Origin: Octopus vulgaris
Lineage: Eukaryota
Assembly: GCA_951406725.2 (NCBI GenBank)
Contig: OX597833.1
Coordinates: 64,108,001 to 64,172,000, forward strand
Direction: 5' to 3'
DNA: 64,000 nucleotides
A model generated the notes under the pieces. It worked only from the letters and a program-made list of their open reading frames with translations, was not told where the DNA came from and did no database searches. The translations under genes were made by a program, and so were the position numbers. Of this stretch, positions 43,092 through 56,602 are shown piece by piece. The number at the start of each line of letters is the position of its first letter. Position 1 is the first letter of the stretch.

Positions 43092-43972
43092 CGTGGTATG
43101 ATCAATAAGTATCCGGATGATGGCCATAGTAACGAAGCTAAAGCACGCAGAGTCTAGTCGCTTGGCACAGATTGATCTTGCATTCTTCCGCGTATGCGCA
43201 CTATGTTGTAATGTTTTAGCTCACTTCCCCTGTTTACAGCAGTGCTTGGAAGGAATGTGTGTAGCGTGTGATCGTCCCATTGACAATGAAAGTGAAAGTT
43301 GAACAGAGAATCTGCATCGAATTTTGCCCAAAAGCTTGGCGATACCTGCTCAGAGGCCTACGCAAAGTTTTCAAAAAGTTTTCATTGTTCTCGACACAAT
43401 CAAGGAAATCTTGTGCAACTGAAACCCGAGTGCTTTTTGGTCAGCTGAAAGCAGTTTTGTCTCAAACATGGCAGACTCGTGTCTCACACACTAATCTTCA
43501 GTGATGATGCGCTGAACTGAACCGTAACTAATCTGCATAGCCTCTGATAACTCACGGATGGTGATTCGATGACTTTCCCTCACAGATGCATACACATCAA
43601 CGATGTCATTCTCAGTTCTGTTGATTGCGGGTTTCCCAGAACGTTTGTCAATATCGACATTTTTCGACCTTCATGGAAACGTCTAAAACCACACGTACAC
43701 TTGTGCACTGTTCATACACTTCCTACAACTTTGCGTACGCCTCTGAGCAGGTATTGCCATGACAACTTTATCTGCCATGGTCAACCTATCGATCAGACGC
43801 TACACACGTTATTTCCAAGCACTGCTGTAAACAGCGGAAGTAAGCTAGAACATTAAAACCTAGTGCGCATGCACAACAGAGGCCACGGTCAAACTGTGCC
43901 AAACAGCCTTACTTTGCGTGCTTTAGCATCGTTACTATGGCAACAGTTTCGATACTTATTGATCAGACCTCG
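43092..43972. mobile_element. Non-autonomous mariner made of two inverted 5' ends; TA TSD
   Basis: TA|CGTGGTATGATCAATAAGTATC ... GATACTTATTGATCAGACCTCG|TA; + frame EQRICIEFC; - frame ITIRELSEAMQISYGSVQRII and VAQDFLDCVENNENFLKT. Confidence 0.88.
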
Positions 43973-44054
43973 TATAGACAAATACATTTTACATATATGT
44001 GTGTGTGTGAGTCCGTGTGTGTGTGTGTGTGTGTGTGTGTGAGAGAAAGATATA

Positions 44055-44381
44055 GAGAACCCTTCGGTCATGAATGACCATAAGATTGCACCTAGAAAGT
44101 ACCCTCCGAGGCACAAGTCCGGGCAAGTTTGTTTGTGGAAGGCCAGCAGTCACCCATACATACCAGCTTCTCCTTTCCATGCCACTGATGTTATCCAAGG
44201 GAAAGGCAAAGGGGCCGATACAGCTTGGCACCTGTCATGTCGCAACTCATTTCTACAGCTGAGTTAACTGGAGCAACGTGAAATAAAGTGTCTTGCTCAA
44301 GAAGATAACACGCAGCCAAGTCTGGTAATCGAACTCACAACCTCACGATCGTAAGCTCGACGCACTAAACACTGAGCCATG
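44055..44381 (-). mobile_element. Near full-length tRNA-derived SINE (family D, V-domain-like centre)
   Basis: A box TGGCTCAGTG, B box GAGTTCGATT, centre CTTGAGCAAGACACTTTATTTCACGTTGCTCCAG. Confidence 0.8.
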
Positions 44382-44383
44382 GA

Positions 44384-44424
<41 letters not shown>

Positions 44425-44426
<2 letters not shown>

Positions 44427-44628
44427 CTTTACGATAATAAACAAAAGACGAAGGCAGGTGGAATACAAACAAACAAATGTATTAGTATGGCGCTCAGGAA
44501 TAGAAATAAAACAAGTCTTTTACGTTTCGAGCCTACGCTCTTCAACAGAAAGATACACAGAAAAGAAACACAGAAAGAAACAAGGAGAGAAAAAAAATGC
44601 GTGCAGAGGCTAGCGAATCAGCATGGCC
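44425..44628 (-). mobile_element. Probable Penelope-like terminal-repeat fragment with a minimal hammerhead-like motif
   Basis: Minus strand 44553->44516: TCTTT-CTGTTGA-A-GAGC(GTAG)GCTC-GAAAC-GTA-AAAGA. Confidence 0.6.
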
Positions 44629-45400
44629 ATATATATGTATGCACACAAATATATTTTATATTTGTAAGTATGTCTGTATATGTATATATGTATATATATA
44701 TGTATGATATATATATGTCCAGTTACCTAGACAAGTACAATGGGCTTTGAATCAATACATTATGACATTATTTAGCCTGTACCGTACGTGTCCTACTTAT
44801 GTTGATCTGTTCTGAATTAGGGGCAGAAATTCCTTTCAACATATAAAACCAACTATGTCAAAGGATGAACATAATTCACAAGCTTCGACGAATGTTTCGG
44901 TTTCCAGAAAGAAATTTACAAACATTAAAAAGAACAATATTTATAATGTCTACACGAATTTTCCGTTCTTTTCCAAGAAGACTACTTTGGCTCTGACAAA
45001 TTGTCTTTCCTTCTCATAAAACATTGGTTTCAGACATTTCTTGAGCTTTGTCAGAGGAAACCTAATTAATAAATAAAACATTTTACGTTAGTCGAGGAAT
45101 CACTGGATTGCTTCAAATTTAAACAAATGGGCTGAGAACCTAAGATCTACTTATATATTCACGTCTCTATGTATGTATGTATGTATGTATGTATGTATGT
45201 ATGTATGTATGTATGTATGTATGTATGTATGTATGTATGTATGTATGTATGTATGTATGTATGTATATATGTATGTATGTATGTATGTATGCATGTATGT
45301 GTATGTATGTATGTGTGTATGTATGTACGTATGTATGTACGTATCTATCTATTTCTTAGCCTATGTCTCTGTCTCCCTCTCTCTGCGCTGTATATGTATG

Positions 45401-45431
<31 letters not shown>

Positions 45432-45555
45432 CTATTTGTATGTATGATGTATCTATCTATCTATCTATCTATTCTAACTCACGCGCGCAAACACGCACAC
45501 ACACGCACACACACACACATACACACACACTCATAACGAATACATACACACACAC

Positions 45556-45642
<87 letters not shown>

Positions 45643-45652
45643 AACGATAAAC

Positions 45653-45952
45653 GTCTCCCTTTTCAAGCCTAGCCAGGCTCATGGGCCCGGTTTCCCGGTT
45701 TCTGTGGCGTATGTGTTCCCCCAAGCTGGACGTGACGCCAGTCCATCGCAGAGTTACTCAAGAAACAGGAAGAGAGAGTGAGAGAAAGTTGTTGCGAATG
45801 AGTACAACAGAGGTCGCCACCACCGCCTGTCGGAGCCTCATGGATGTTTTAGGTGTTTTCGCTCAATAAACACACATAACGGTCTGGGAATCGAAACCGC
45901 GATCCTCCGACCGCGAGTTCGCTGCCCTAACCACTGGGCTATTACGCCTCTA
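45653..45952 (-). mobile_element. Full-length SINE-C
   Basis: Head as at 3470; tail GATGGACTGGCGTCACGTCCAG..GAAACCGGG..CCCATGAGC also present in 62748-63044. Confidence 0.88.
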
Positions 45953-46794
45953 CGTTATAAGGTCGTAAAGGTATTTAGGCAGTACACCTGTCTGTCCAGC
46001 TGTCGAAAAGTATCATCAGAGAACTATGCATGGGCGAGAACCTCTGCATAAGCACCCCTATACACTCGCCTTCCGCGTATACTCAGACAGACAGCTGATT
46101 AAATCGATACCAGTGTATAACTGGTAATTTATTTTGACGACCCTGGATGAAGAGAAAATCGAACGAATCTCAGCAGAATTTGAACAGAGCACACGAAGAA
46201 TCAGCTAAGACGCTGCAAGGCGTTTTTTTCTCCCCTCTCCGCCGTTTCTGACATTTCGCCACATGAAATGAATCTAGTGATTATAAATAAAATGGTAATG
46301 GAATATATGACAAAAGTGAATGTATAAACAGTGAACGGCGATGGTGGTGGCGATGCTTTAGCCTCTGGGTCAACACTGATTGAAGCAAACCAATTAGTAT
46401 TGATGGAGTGTAATAGTGTGTATTAGTGTGGCGGACGCGTGTTTATCAGCTTTGCGTATGTATGCCTGACTGTGCGGGAGTGTGTATGAATGTGCGTGTT
46501 CCTACTCCATGTGTTTTTGTCTCTATTTGTATGTATATATATGAGTGACACACACACACACACGCAACGCAGACGCATGTATGTATTCTTATATAAATAT
46601 ATATGTATAGAGTAAGATACATGCATATATATATATACATACATATATACATATATATGTAAGTATATATATATATATACATATATCTATAAATATATAT
46701 ACATACATACATATAAATATATATATACATATATACGTATATCTATAACTATATCTATATCTATCTATGTATATATGTATGCATACATATATAC

Positions 46795-46850
<56 letters not shown>

Positions 46851-47544
46851 TATGTATGTATATATATATATATGTATATATATGCATCTAAAATTCTGAC
46901 CATCTCATGATTATACATACACACATACATACATATAGATAGATAGATAGATATATGTAAATATATATTTACGCACACGTATACACATGCATCTATATAT
47001 CTATATGCATACATACACACACGCACACACACTTATACACATACACATGCTATGTATGTGTATGTGTGTATTCGTCCAAGGAATCCGATTTGGGCAAGTA
47101 ATAATATTAAACAAATATTTATTAGATAGATTGGAAGAAAAAAATGACTCAAATCTATTTCGGAGGGGTGATGTACAGTTGACGAAATATTTCTTCCGTG
47201 CATAATTAATTGCTTTAATGCCATTACCGATCCTGTGAATGTGTGTGTGTGGGGGGGTGTTAGTCAATGGGAATGGCAGTAACTTATATTGAGTGAAATG
47301 AGTGATGTCTGTTTTGTTTTTGGTTAGAGTGATCCAGTAAGTCTTATGGGCAAAATCCTTCCGGATATGACCACCTTGACTTTTTTTCTGTATCCAGAAA
47401 TAACACTCGTCCACGTCAAATATGTCCCTTCGGTGATCTAATGTCAAAGGTATGTCCAAATATGACTCTCTCGACTTTTGCCTATATTTTTAAGCCTGAA
47501 ATGAAATCTGACTATCCTTATTGCCTAAGCGCTAAGGTAAAGAG

Positions 47545-47850
47545 ATACAGACAAACCAGTACCGGTTGTCAAGCAGTAGTGCGGGACGAACACACACACA
47601 TACACACACACAGACACATACAAACACACACACACTATCTCCTCCCTCTCCTCCCTTTCTCTCTCTCACACACACAAACATACATATACACAACGGGGCT
47701 GCCTCCATCAACGAAATCCACATTCAAGACTAAGTGGGCTTGAGTTTATAACAGTAAATTTCTTAATTTAATCTGACACTCAGTAGAACTGAACCCAGAC
47801 CCATGTGATTAGGAAGCGCATTTCTTACCACACAGCCACGCCTACGCCCG
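47545..47850 (-). mobile_element. Diverged SINE-B
   Basis: GGCGTAGGCGTGGCTGTGTGGTAAG head; internal (CA)n. Confidence 0.7.
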
Positions 47851-48043
47851 TAATATTCAGTCTATGATTAATAGAAGGTCCGATTGGGAAACCTGATGGT
47901 ATTTAATTACCGCCATTTTGTAAACCATCAGTTTTCTGTCCTTTATCAAAACATTTACATAGAGTTTGCTTGCGTATCTCTGTATGTGTGAGAGTGCGTG
48001 TGTGAGTGCGTGTGTGTGTGTGTGTGCGTGTGTGTGTGTGTGT

Positions 48044-48090
<47 letters not shown>

Positions 48091-48904
48091 CTCGTGTGGT
48101 TCGATGTATGTGCTACTGAATAATTGTAGATAAATAATGATTAATAATGATTAATAATGGTGAAATATTTCTCCATTTCCTGCGAAATAAATTTCCGTCT
48201 GAATACTAATACTAACAACAACCACAACAACAAAAACAACAACAACGGCAACAATAACAAATATATGTATAGCAACCACAACAAAAATTCCACTTTCCAC
48301 ATCTAACAAAACTAAGTTCACGTAAGTTTTCACCTCATAAATCACCAAGTGGGTGTTTGTAATTATCGATTGCCGTATTGTATTATGGTACAAATGAATC
48401 CGTCATGTTTTGCAAATATATATTTCCAACAAATATAAACATATATTTCACGATAATTATTCATGTAAGGTATCCGAGAGACACACCACCAGTAAAATAC
48501 AAACAAATGAAAAATAAAAGCGAGAGATCAAATATTCATAAACTTCTACAGAAATCAAGATTTTCTAAGAGAGCATAGAAATGTTCTCAATTGAGAGGTG
48601 AGAGGGTGATTAAGACCAATTTAATATTGGCGATTCTTTTGTGAGAGAGAGGAAAAACAAAATGGAAGGCGAAAAAAATGTGCTGCTTGCGAGGGAGAAA
48701 AAAATGGCTAATCAGATTCGGAACATCAGTTTTTTGTTAATTTTTTTTATTTTTGTTTGCTGGATGTCTTGACTAATCGTTACACCGAGAAGTCTTTTAT
48801 ATTTGAAATAAGATTTTTTTCGAAAGGGTGTGATAGTTTAAACCTGGTCCACACATGTGTGTATGTACATGTATGAATATCTAGCAATCTATTTAACTAT
48901 TTAA

Positions 48905-49024
<120 letters not shown>

Positions 49025-49289
49025 ATACATACACATACATAGTATGGGGTTTAAGTGTATGTATCTTTGTATGTATATATATATATTTATGTGTGTACAT
49101 GTATATATATATGCATATGCATGTCCATCCCTTCATATATATGTATATATATATATTAGTATGTATATATGTCTATATATATATGTATATATATACATAT
49201 GTATGCATGTATGTATATATATACGCATATATATATATATATACGCATATATATATGTATATACATCTATCTATATATATATTTATATA

Positions 49290-49342
<53 letters not shown>

Positions 49343-49437
49343 GGAATGTCATATATGCCAGTTTATATGTATACTATATATATATGTTATTTTGCTTATA
49401 TATATATTTATATTTACAAATACAAACATACATACAA

Positions 49438-49481
<44 letters not shown>

Positions 49482-49483
49482 AT

Positions 49484-50265
49484 ACAGGGTGCAATGGGTA
49501 AATTCTCGCCATTGTATATTTTCATATTCTTAATATCCTGCATGCACATTACTTGTTTTTCATTTTGACGACTGCACAGTATAGTAGGGTCAGTTGGACA
49601 CCGTCTGTAAGGAAAACAGCGCCATGACAGAATTCTTTCTGCCAGAAATTTGGAAACGATATGCTGTACTGTTTGGCTTTCGCTTCGGAAGCTCCAATAC
49701 AAACATATGGTGAACACACAGAAAACCCGTTTGTTTGCCGTGTCCCCAAAACGTGTACCGAGAGTAATAAAAATCAAACATTCAGTCAACATCATGGCGT
49801 TTGGAGTTATTATTAGTGATGGCGACGTTAGGATTCTCTTCATCTTCCCACACGTCTTCAGACTCTAAACGGATGCTTACATCACGTGCCTGTTGGAAGT
49901 ATTGTTGTTCTCGGTCAAGAGGGTGGCTGCTGAATGACCCTATGTCTGATAACAGGACTCTGCATTATGCCACACAAACGTGAGAACCCAGCCATGACTG
50001 TCAGACAATTTCTGCAACCACATCACCCCTAACATCTGGCCATTTGACTCCCCAGGCTGCAAACTCCCTCATTATTATGTGTGAGGCACAGTTGAGCGAG
50101 AGACCAACAAAAGATCTTGAAATACCAAAGATGATCTGAAGGTAAGGATTATGGCAGAATTCACCAACTCAAACAAGGAGACTGTCCAGAAGGATTGTAG
50201 GAGATTCCGAAATCGGCTGGAGACCGTTTTTTGAAGCCAATGGCGATTTTATTAAATAAATTTAT
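49484..50265 (+). mobile_element. Internally deleted Tc1/mariner-superfamily transposon relic
   Basis: TA|CAGGGTG start; IMAFGVIISDGDV..FIFP, QDSALCH, IWPFDSPGC..HYYV, EANGDFIK*; related to 17610-18330. Confidence 0.78.
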
Positions 50266-50859
50266 GTGTGCGTGTATATTTTGAGTTCAATTTTTCGTTT
50301 GGAGCGCCTAACCTCTATACAAAAGTACATTACATACGTAGGTACACACAGATACACTTACATACATCATACATACATACAAAAATCCAGACAGCCACTC
50401 TTACATACATAAATAAACACGCATACACACACAGATGCACACACTTATATACTTTATACTTTATACCTATTTTCCCTGTTGTCAAACGTAATAAGTATGT
50501 ATGTATGTATATGTGTGTGTGTGTGTGTGTGATATTAATAACCAAAGTAAGTTTGAAGCTACTTAATATCACTAATACTACACCACTTCCGCTTAAATGG
50601 AGAATATTCATTATGTTTTATTGCAGATATATTTAGTGAAGTCATTTGTGGTAATATCGCCAAACATTGATTTCTAATATCACCTGAGTATAAAGACAGA
50701 ACAGATGTTTGAATATATAATATAAGACAAATATACATACTAAAACATTTTATCTTAAATCAGTGGTGTAGTACTCAACCATTTTTAAAAATCTACGGTC
50801 TCCTTTGAATCCTATTTCTCCCGACTGGGCCCTCTAACCATTTGATGGTTAAAATATTT

Positions 50860-51386
50860 TATTATTACGGCTTTTTTTTCAGCAAATTTTATTCAATAAA
50901 AATAATAACAGTATTTAACAAAAATATCTTTAAATGACGGTCTGGCCGTTTGCCAAGCAAATGGGAATCAGTAATTGAAGTAGATGGTGAATATGCTCCG
51001 GAACAATCATTTAAAGATGATTTCGTTACATGTTGTTATTGTTTTTGTCGAATATCATTAGTTGACAAAAAAGCCGCAATAATTATGCACCAACCCAATA
51101 TATATAATACATTATATATAGTACATCGCCATTTTATATTTGGTTGGTTCATAATTATTGCATAATTATTGCATTTTTCAACAATTTATATTCAACAAAA
51201 AACAATTAAAATATTTCACAAAAACATCTTTAAATGACGGTCTGACCGTCTGCCAAGCAGTAATTGAAGTAGATGGTGAATATGCTCCAGAATAATCCTT
51301 TAAAGATGATTTTGTTACATGTTGTTATTGTTTTTGTCGAATATCATTTGATGAAAACAAAAAAAACCACAATCATTATGCACCAT
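50860..51386 (+). mobile_element. Two tandem mariner-derived MITEs (~50860-51099 and ~51137-51386)
   Basis: TIRs TTGGTTGGTTCATAATTATTGC / GCAATAATTATGCACCAACCCAA|TA; transposase C-terminus LPSKWESVIEVDGEY. Confidence 0.78.
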
Positions 51387-51684
51387 ATACATACATGTAT
51401 AAATATATGTATGTATGTTTGTATGTATGTATGTATGTATGTATGTATGTATGTATGTATGTATGTTTCTGGCTTTTATTAGACGGTTTATACCAATGCA
51501 TAATTGATGTAATTTGTATGTCAGTAGCCTTCTTCAGCCGGCTTCGATTTTGTTTTGGTGCCTCGCTCTGTTGTTCACGACTATGAGGATTTGCATCCCC
51601 AACGTAATTCGTCTTTTTCCCAAACTAATGTAATACATGTCCTTGGAGTAGTAATTGTGACAGAGGGAAACTGAAAGAAGCCTT

Positions 51685-51734
<50 letters not shown>

Positions 51735-51743
51735 ATATCTATC

Positions 51744-51873
51744 TTTTTTCCTTTCCTTTTTATGATTTCTTTTGATCGAAAACCTACCACACTTTTTTTC
51801 TCCCCTAAAAGAAAAGCTTTACTTTGTAATTTGTGCCGGCTGTGTTCAGCCCTGTGTGGCTGATAAAGAAACA
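51744..51873 (+). mobile_element. Tx1-like LINE copy 3 (terminal ~130 bp of 3' UTR, diverged)
   Basis: TTTTGATCGAAA..AAAAGAAAAGCT..TTGTAATTTGT..CAGCCCTGTGTGGCTGATAAAGAAACA then (TATC)n. Confidence 0.85.
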
Positions 51874-51955
<82 letters not shown>

Positions 51956-51960
51956 ATACA

Positions 51961-52198
51961 CGTGATGATCCCTATTGATCGTTTTTTCCTCTTCTTTCTT
52001 CCTTTTTTCTTTTTCTTTTCCTTTTTTTCCTTTTTTTTCTCCCCCCCCTTTACGATCCCTTTTGATCGAAAACCTACGCCACTTTTATTGTTTCTTTTGT
52101 TTTTTGTATTTTTTTGTTTTTTTCATCCCACAAAAGAAAAGCTCTACCTTGTAATTTGTCCCATCTGTGTGCAGCCCTGTGTGGCCAATAAAAAAACT
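51961..52198 (+). mobile_element. Tx1-like LINE copy 4 (terminal ~240 bp of 3' UTR, diverged)
   Basis: GATCCCTATTGATC..CGATCCCTTTTGATCG..AGCTCTACCTTGTAATTTGT..GTGTGGCCAATAAA; (TATC)n on both sides. Confidence 0.88.
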
Positions 52199-52217
52199 TA
52201 TCTATCTATCTATCTAC

Positions 52218-52263
<46 letters not shown>

Positions 52264-52288
52264 GTCTGTGTATCTATCTATCTATCTA

Positions 52289-52347
<59 letters not shown>

Positions 52348-52350
52348 CTG

Positions 52351-52384
<34 letters not shown>

Positions 52385-52693
52385 CTCCATCTATATATCT
52401 ATCTGTCTGTCTGTCTGTCTCTGTCTCTCTCTCTATCTATCTTTCTATCTATCTATCTATTTATCTGTCTATCTATCTATCTATCTATCTATCTATCCAT
52501 CTCTCTATATATCTATCTGTCTCTCTCTCTTGCTCTCTCTCTCTATCTATCTTTCTATCTATCTTTCTAGCTATCTATCTATTTATCTGTCCATCTATCT
52601 ATATATCTATCTCTATTTATCTTCTCTCTATCTATCTTTCTCTCTCACTATCTAGGACTATACATATATATATACTCAGCTTATATACAATAC

Positions 52694-52754
<61 letters not shown>

Positions 52755-53147
52755 CCTTACACATATATCAAATGCAGGTGTTTATTACTAATCAAGAGGG
52801 ACGTACTGATTCCTGTCATAACAAAAGCGACGACCAAATATTTTCCGCATTGGAAGCCCCGTGCCATATCGCTTGTCTCCCTTCATTCTGCTTGACACTT
52901 TATCAAAATTACGTTGCTTTCTTTGACAATGCCATCATCTCATATTTCCAAATCCCATACAATCGTTTATTAGTTGTTAAATATTAATGGAGTGTTCAAT
53001 TTAATTAGTTTGTTCCGTAGCAGGTATGGAAACGCATACTTTGACAACATCGATCGATCATCACACGTGATTTTTCTATTCTGTATTTCTTGGTATTTTT
53101 ATAGAAAATTTTCTCTCTGTCTCAATCCCCTCGCCTCTCTCTCTCTG

Positions 53148-53206
<59 letters not shown>

Positions 53207-54501
53207 GTCCCTCTGCACATACTTACATACATACATACTTACGTACATACATATATACATACATACGTACATGCAAGTATACTTACATATACATGTGTAT
53301 ATATATGTGTTTGTGTACATATATATATATATATATAAAAATGATATATATATCTATATATATATTAAATGATATATATAATGTGTATATATGAATGCTT
53401 GTATGTATATACGTATATATGTATGTTTATGTGTGTGAGTGTGTACACATATGTCTACATACATGCTCACGCGTACAAATATATATTTACATATCTCCAT
53501 ACATATATGTATGTACACACACACACACACACACACAAACACACACATATATATATATGTATATATATATATATTTGTGTTACTTTGTGCATGTGTATAT
53601 ATACGCATATAATTATATATTTACACAGATGCACACATACATATATATGTTTGCGTATGTAAGTACACCTCAACATATCTATATATGTATGTGTGTATGT
53701 GTGTGAGTGTGTGTGTGTGTGTTTGTGTGTGTCTTATACTATATTACATATATTATATTAGCTTGTTCAACGAAGGAATTACAATAGGCTTGTAAGCCTA
53801 TAGAATACAGAAGCCATTGTGGAGTTGGATTCAGTAGTTATCTTGTGACACTTGATAGAAGCAGACTGGAAGGAAGAATGGTAACGTGAGCTAAACCAAT
53901 TAAATCTTACACAAACCATTCGACATACAATGGCTGCTACCGTTATTCATGTTGTTCTAGAGGCTGCAGGTTATCCGACATTCAATAGATTTGTGATCAA
54001 AAGTTGTTCTACCATTTTACACTGTCGCGTTAATATTTTATGCAACAATATCTAACGCAGCCATCTTGTTTATTATTTGTTTACCTCGAGGTCGGCCATG
54101 ATTGACCTGAGCTGATCTGTAATAGAATGCGTTACTCGTGGACATATCAGTCATGTTCTTTTCCAGGCATAATGTATCTAGGACAGCATTACACAATGTG
54201 CGCTTCTTTTGTAGCTGTTGTTTAGATGTGGTCAAGCGTGAAGCGTAGAATGATCAAAGGGGTTTCCATCCTTGCCTGTTCTCTTTGCTTCGTTTCAATC
54301 ATGGACCATCAAGCATTACATCATCCGACCTGTTATTCCCTATTGCTTAACCTCATTACAATATATGTGATCTGTCGGAGGCCGTGAGGTGTCAGAGTCG
54401 TAAGCATACCGGACGAAATGCTTATCGGAATATAGTCCGTCTTGATTTTCTGAGTTCATATTCCGTCGAAGTCGACTTTGTTTCACATCCTTTCGAGGGT
54501 A

Positions 54502-54699
54502 TACTCTTTACTCTTTTACTTGTTTCAGTCATTTGACTGTGACCATGCTGGAGCACCGCCTTTAGTCGAGCAAATCGACCCATAGGACTTATTCTTCGTA
54601 AGCCTAGTACTTATTCTATCGGTCTCTTTTGCCGAACCGCTAAGTGACGGGGACGTAAACGCACCATCATCCATTGTCAAGCGATGTTGGGGGGACAAA

Positions 54700-54741
<42 letters not shown>

Positions 54742-54758
54742 TACATACATACATACAT

Positions 54759-54825
<67 letters not shown>

Positions 54826-54997
54826 CATATATACGACGGGCTTCTTTCAGTTTCCGTCTACCAAATCCACTCCCAAGGCTTTGGTCGGTCCGAGGCTGTA
54901 GTAGAAGAAACTTGCCCAAGGTACCACGCAGTGAGACTGAACCCGGAACCATGTGATTGGTAAGCAAGCTACTTACCTCACAGCCACTCCTTTGCCT
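54502..54997 (-). mobile_element. Full-length SINE-B inserted into an old SINE-A-like copy
   Basis: Head, CORE-like box, internal microsatellite 54701-54833, tail (GTAAAAGA)n; host halves at ~54390-54500 and ~55000-55087. Confidence 0.9.
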
Positions 54998-55954
54998 TTA
55001 AAATAAATACCATTTGAACTCTAGGGTAGATGTAATCTACCCTACACCACCCTAAAAGTGCTGGAGTTGTGCTAAAGTTTGAAACCGATATATTTATTCT
55101 GTTTATTCCCGTATGATTATAGTAAGAAGCTATTTGAGAGTGGTTTGGTAGGTATTTCTAGCAGGATGAGTAAAGACGAAGGTACTCGTTCGTTGACCTT
55201 ATATATTGATTATCCTTGACTCATTTTTGCTTTTAAATAATCTAGTTAATTAAATTTATTTATGTCTGTTTTCGGGAGAAAGGGTTTGTGATTGTGACCT
55301 TCCCATATTGTCTAAGATTGGTCGATAGATATCTTAATGTTCAACGTTAACTTTAATGCATCAATATTTGTAGCAAAATAAAGGTAGGAAGTATGGAATT
55401 AAAATTGGGGAGTGGCGCTTGTTGAGGCCTGCAGGGCAAGATTTTACTGATTAATCATAAAAGTCCTACATTTTTTGAGAGGAAAATGAGATAACATTTC
55501 GCCCCTGTTGATCATTTATATCAATAATGTGCAATACGTTGGATGATTATGGCTAATGATACAGCTTGCCTTGGGCTTATCGCTTCTTTAATAGCGTCGT
55601 TCACCCGGTCGTAGAGGAAAAAAAAAGACGCTATAATTATAGCAGAGAAGCGGGTAGAGGTTGGGGTGAGGGCAAAGTGAATTAGAAATTATTTCTAAAA
55701 GTGTTTAAGTGAATTTAAGTGTTTTGAGTACAACTTAGAACTTTGGTTACAGGGTTGGCTCAGCGGGATTTTAAACGAAGTTTAAATGTTTGTGTCACTC
55801 CCATTCATTAAAGATTCCGAGCTAATTCATAATTTGATGTTTCACTTTATAACAGACAAAAAAGTATGTTGGTGTATCTGTTTTTTCTAAAAGTGCCGCA
55901 GCACTTTGGAAATAATTCTTTGTAATGTCTGCCCGAAACATGGAAAAATTGGAA

Positions 55955-56345
55955 AGCGGTAGTAATTGATTATATTGACACCAGTACATGACTGGTATTT
56001 ATTTTATCAATACTGACAGGATGAAGAGCAACATAGACCGTGGAGGCATTTGAACTTAGAAGGTAGAAAGCCAAAAGAAAAGCCACTAAGCATTTTCATC
56101 TATGTGTTCATGATTCTGGTAGGCCACCATTTTGGAAATATTAATTCCATATTTTGATACAAGGCCAGCAATTTCGAAGAAGGGGTTAAATCGGTTACAT
56201 CGACCCACCCCATCACCGTGCAGCTGGTACTTATTTTATTGACCCCAAAAAGAATGAACGGCAAAGTGGACGTCGGTGGGATTTGAACTCAGAACGTGAG
56301 AGACGGATGAAGTGTCGCTAAGCATCTTGCCCAGCCTGCTGTCGA
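55955..56345 (-). mobile_element. Two old SINE-A-related copies
   Basis: CTGGTA(C/T)TTATTTTAT..GATGAA..ATTTGAACT(C/T)AGAA occurs twice. Confidence 0.7.
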
Positions 56346-56456
56346 TATAAAGAACTAGTTTTCGTTATGGCATGGATATAAATGAGTGAAGAAGATCCTT
56401 GAAATATGTGGTCCAGTATGGCACTGGTACTAAGTCTGGAAGCAGAGAAGAATAAA

Positions 56457-56538
<82 letters not shown>

Positions 56539-56602
56539 TTATCTGTCTGTCTGACTGTCTGTCTGTCTGTCTGTCTATCTATCCATCTATCTATCTATCT
56601 AT

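Noticed and set aside
47001-47459. 152-aa minus-strand ORF
   Set aside because: Non-ATG start, crosses (CA)n tracts, no recognisable homology.
49484-50265. Functional transposase gene (also 17610-18330 and 43092-43972)
   Set aside because: Multiple stops, frameshifts and deletions; relics only.
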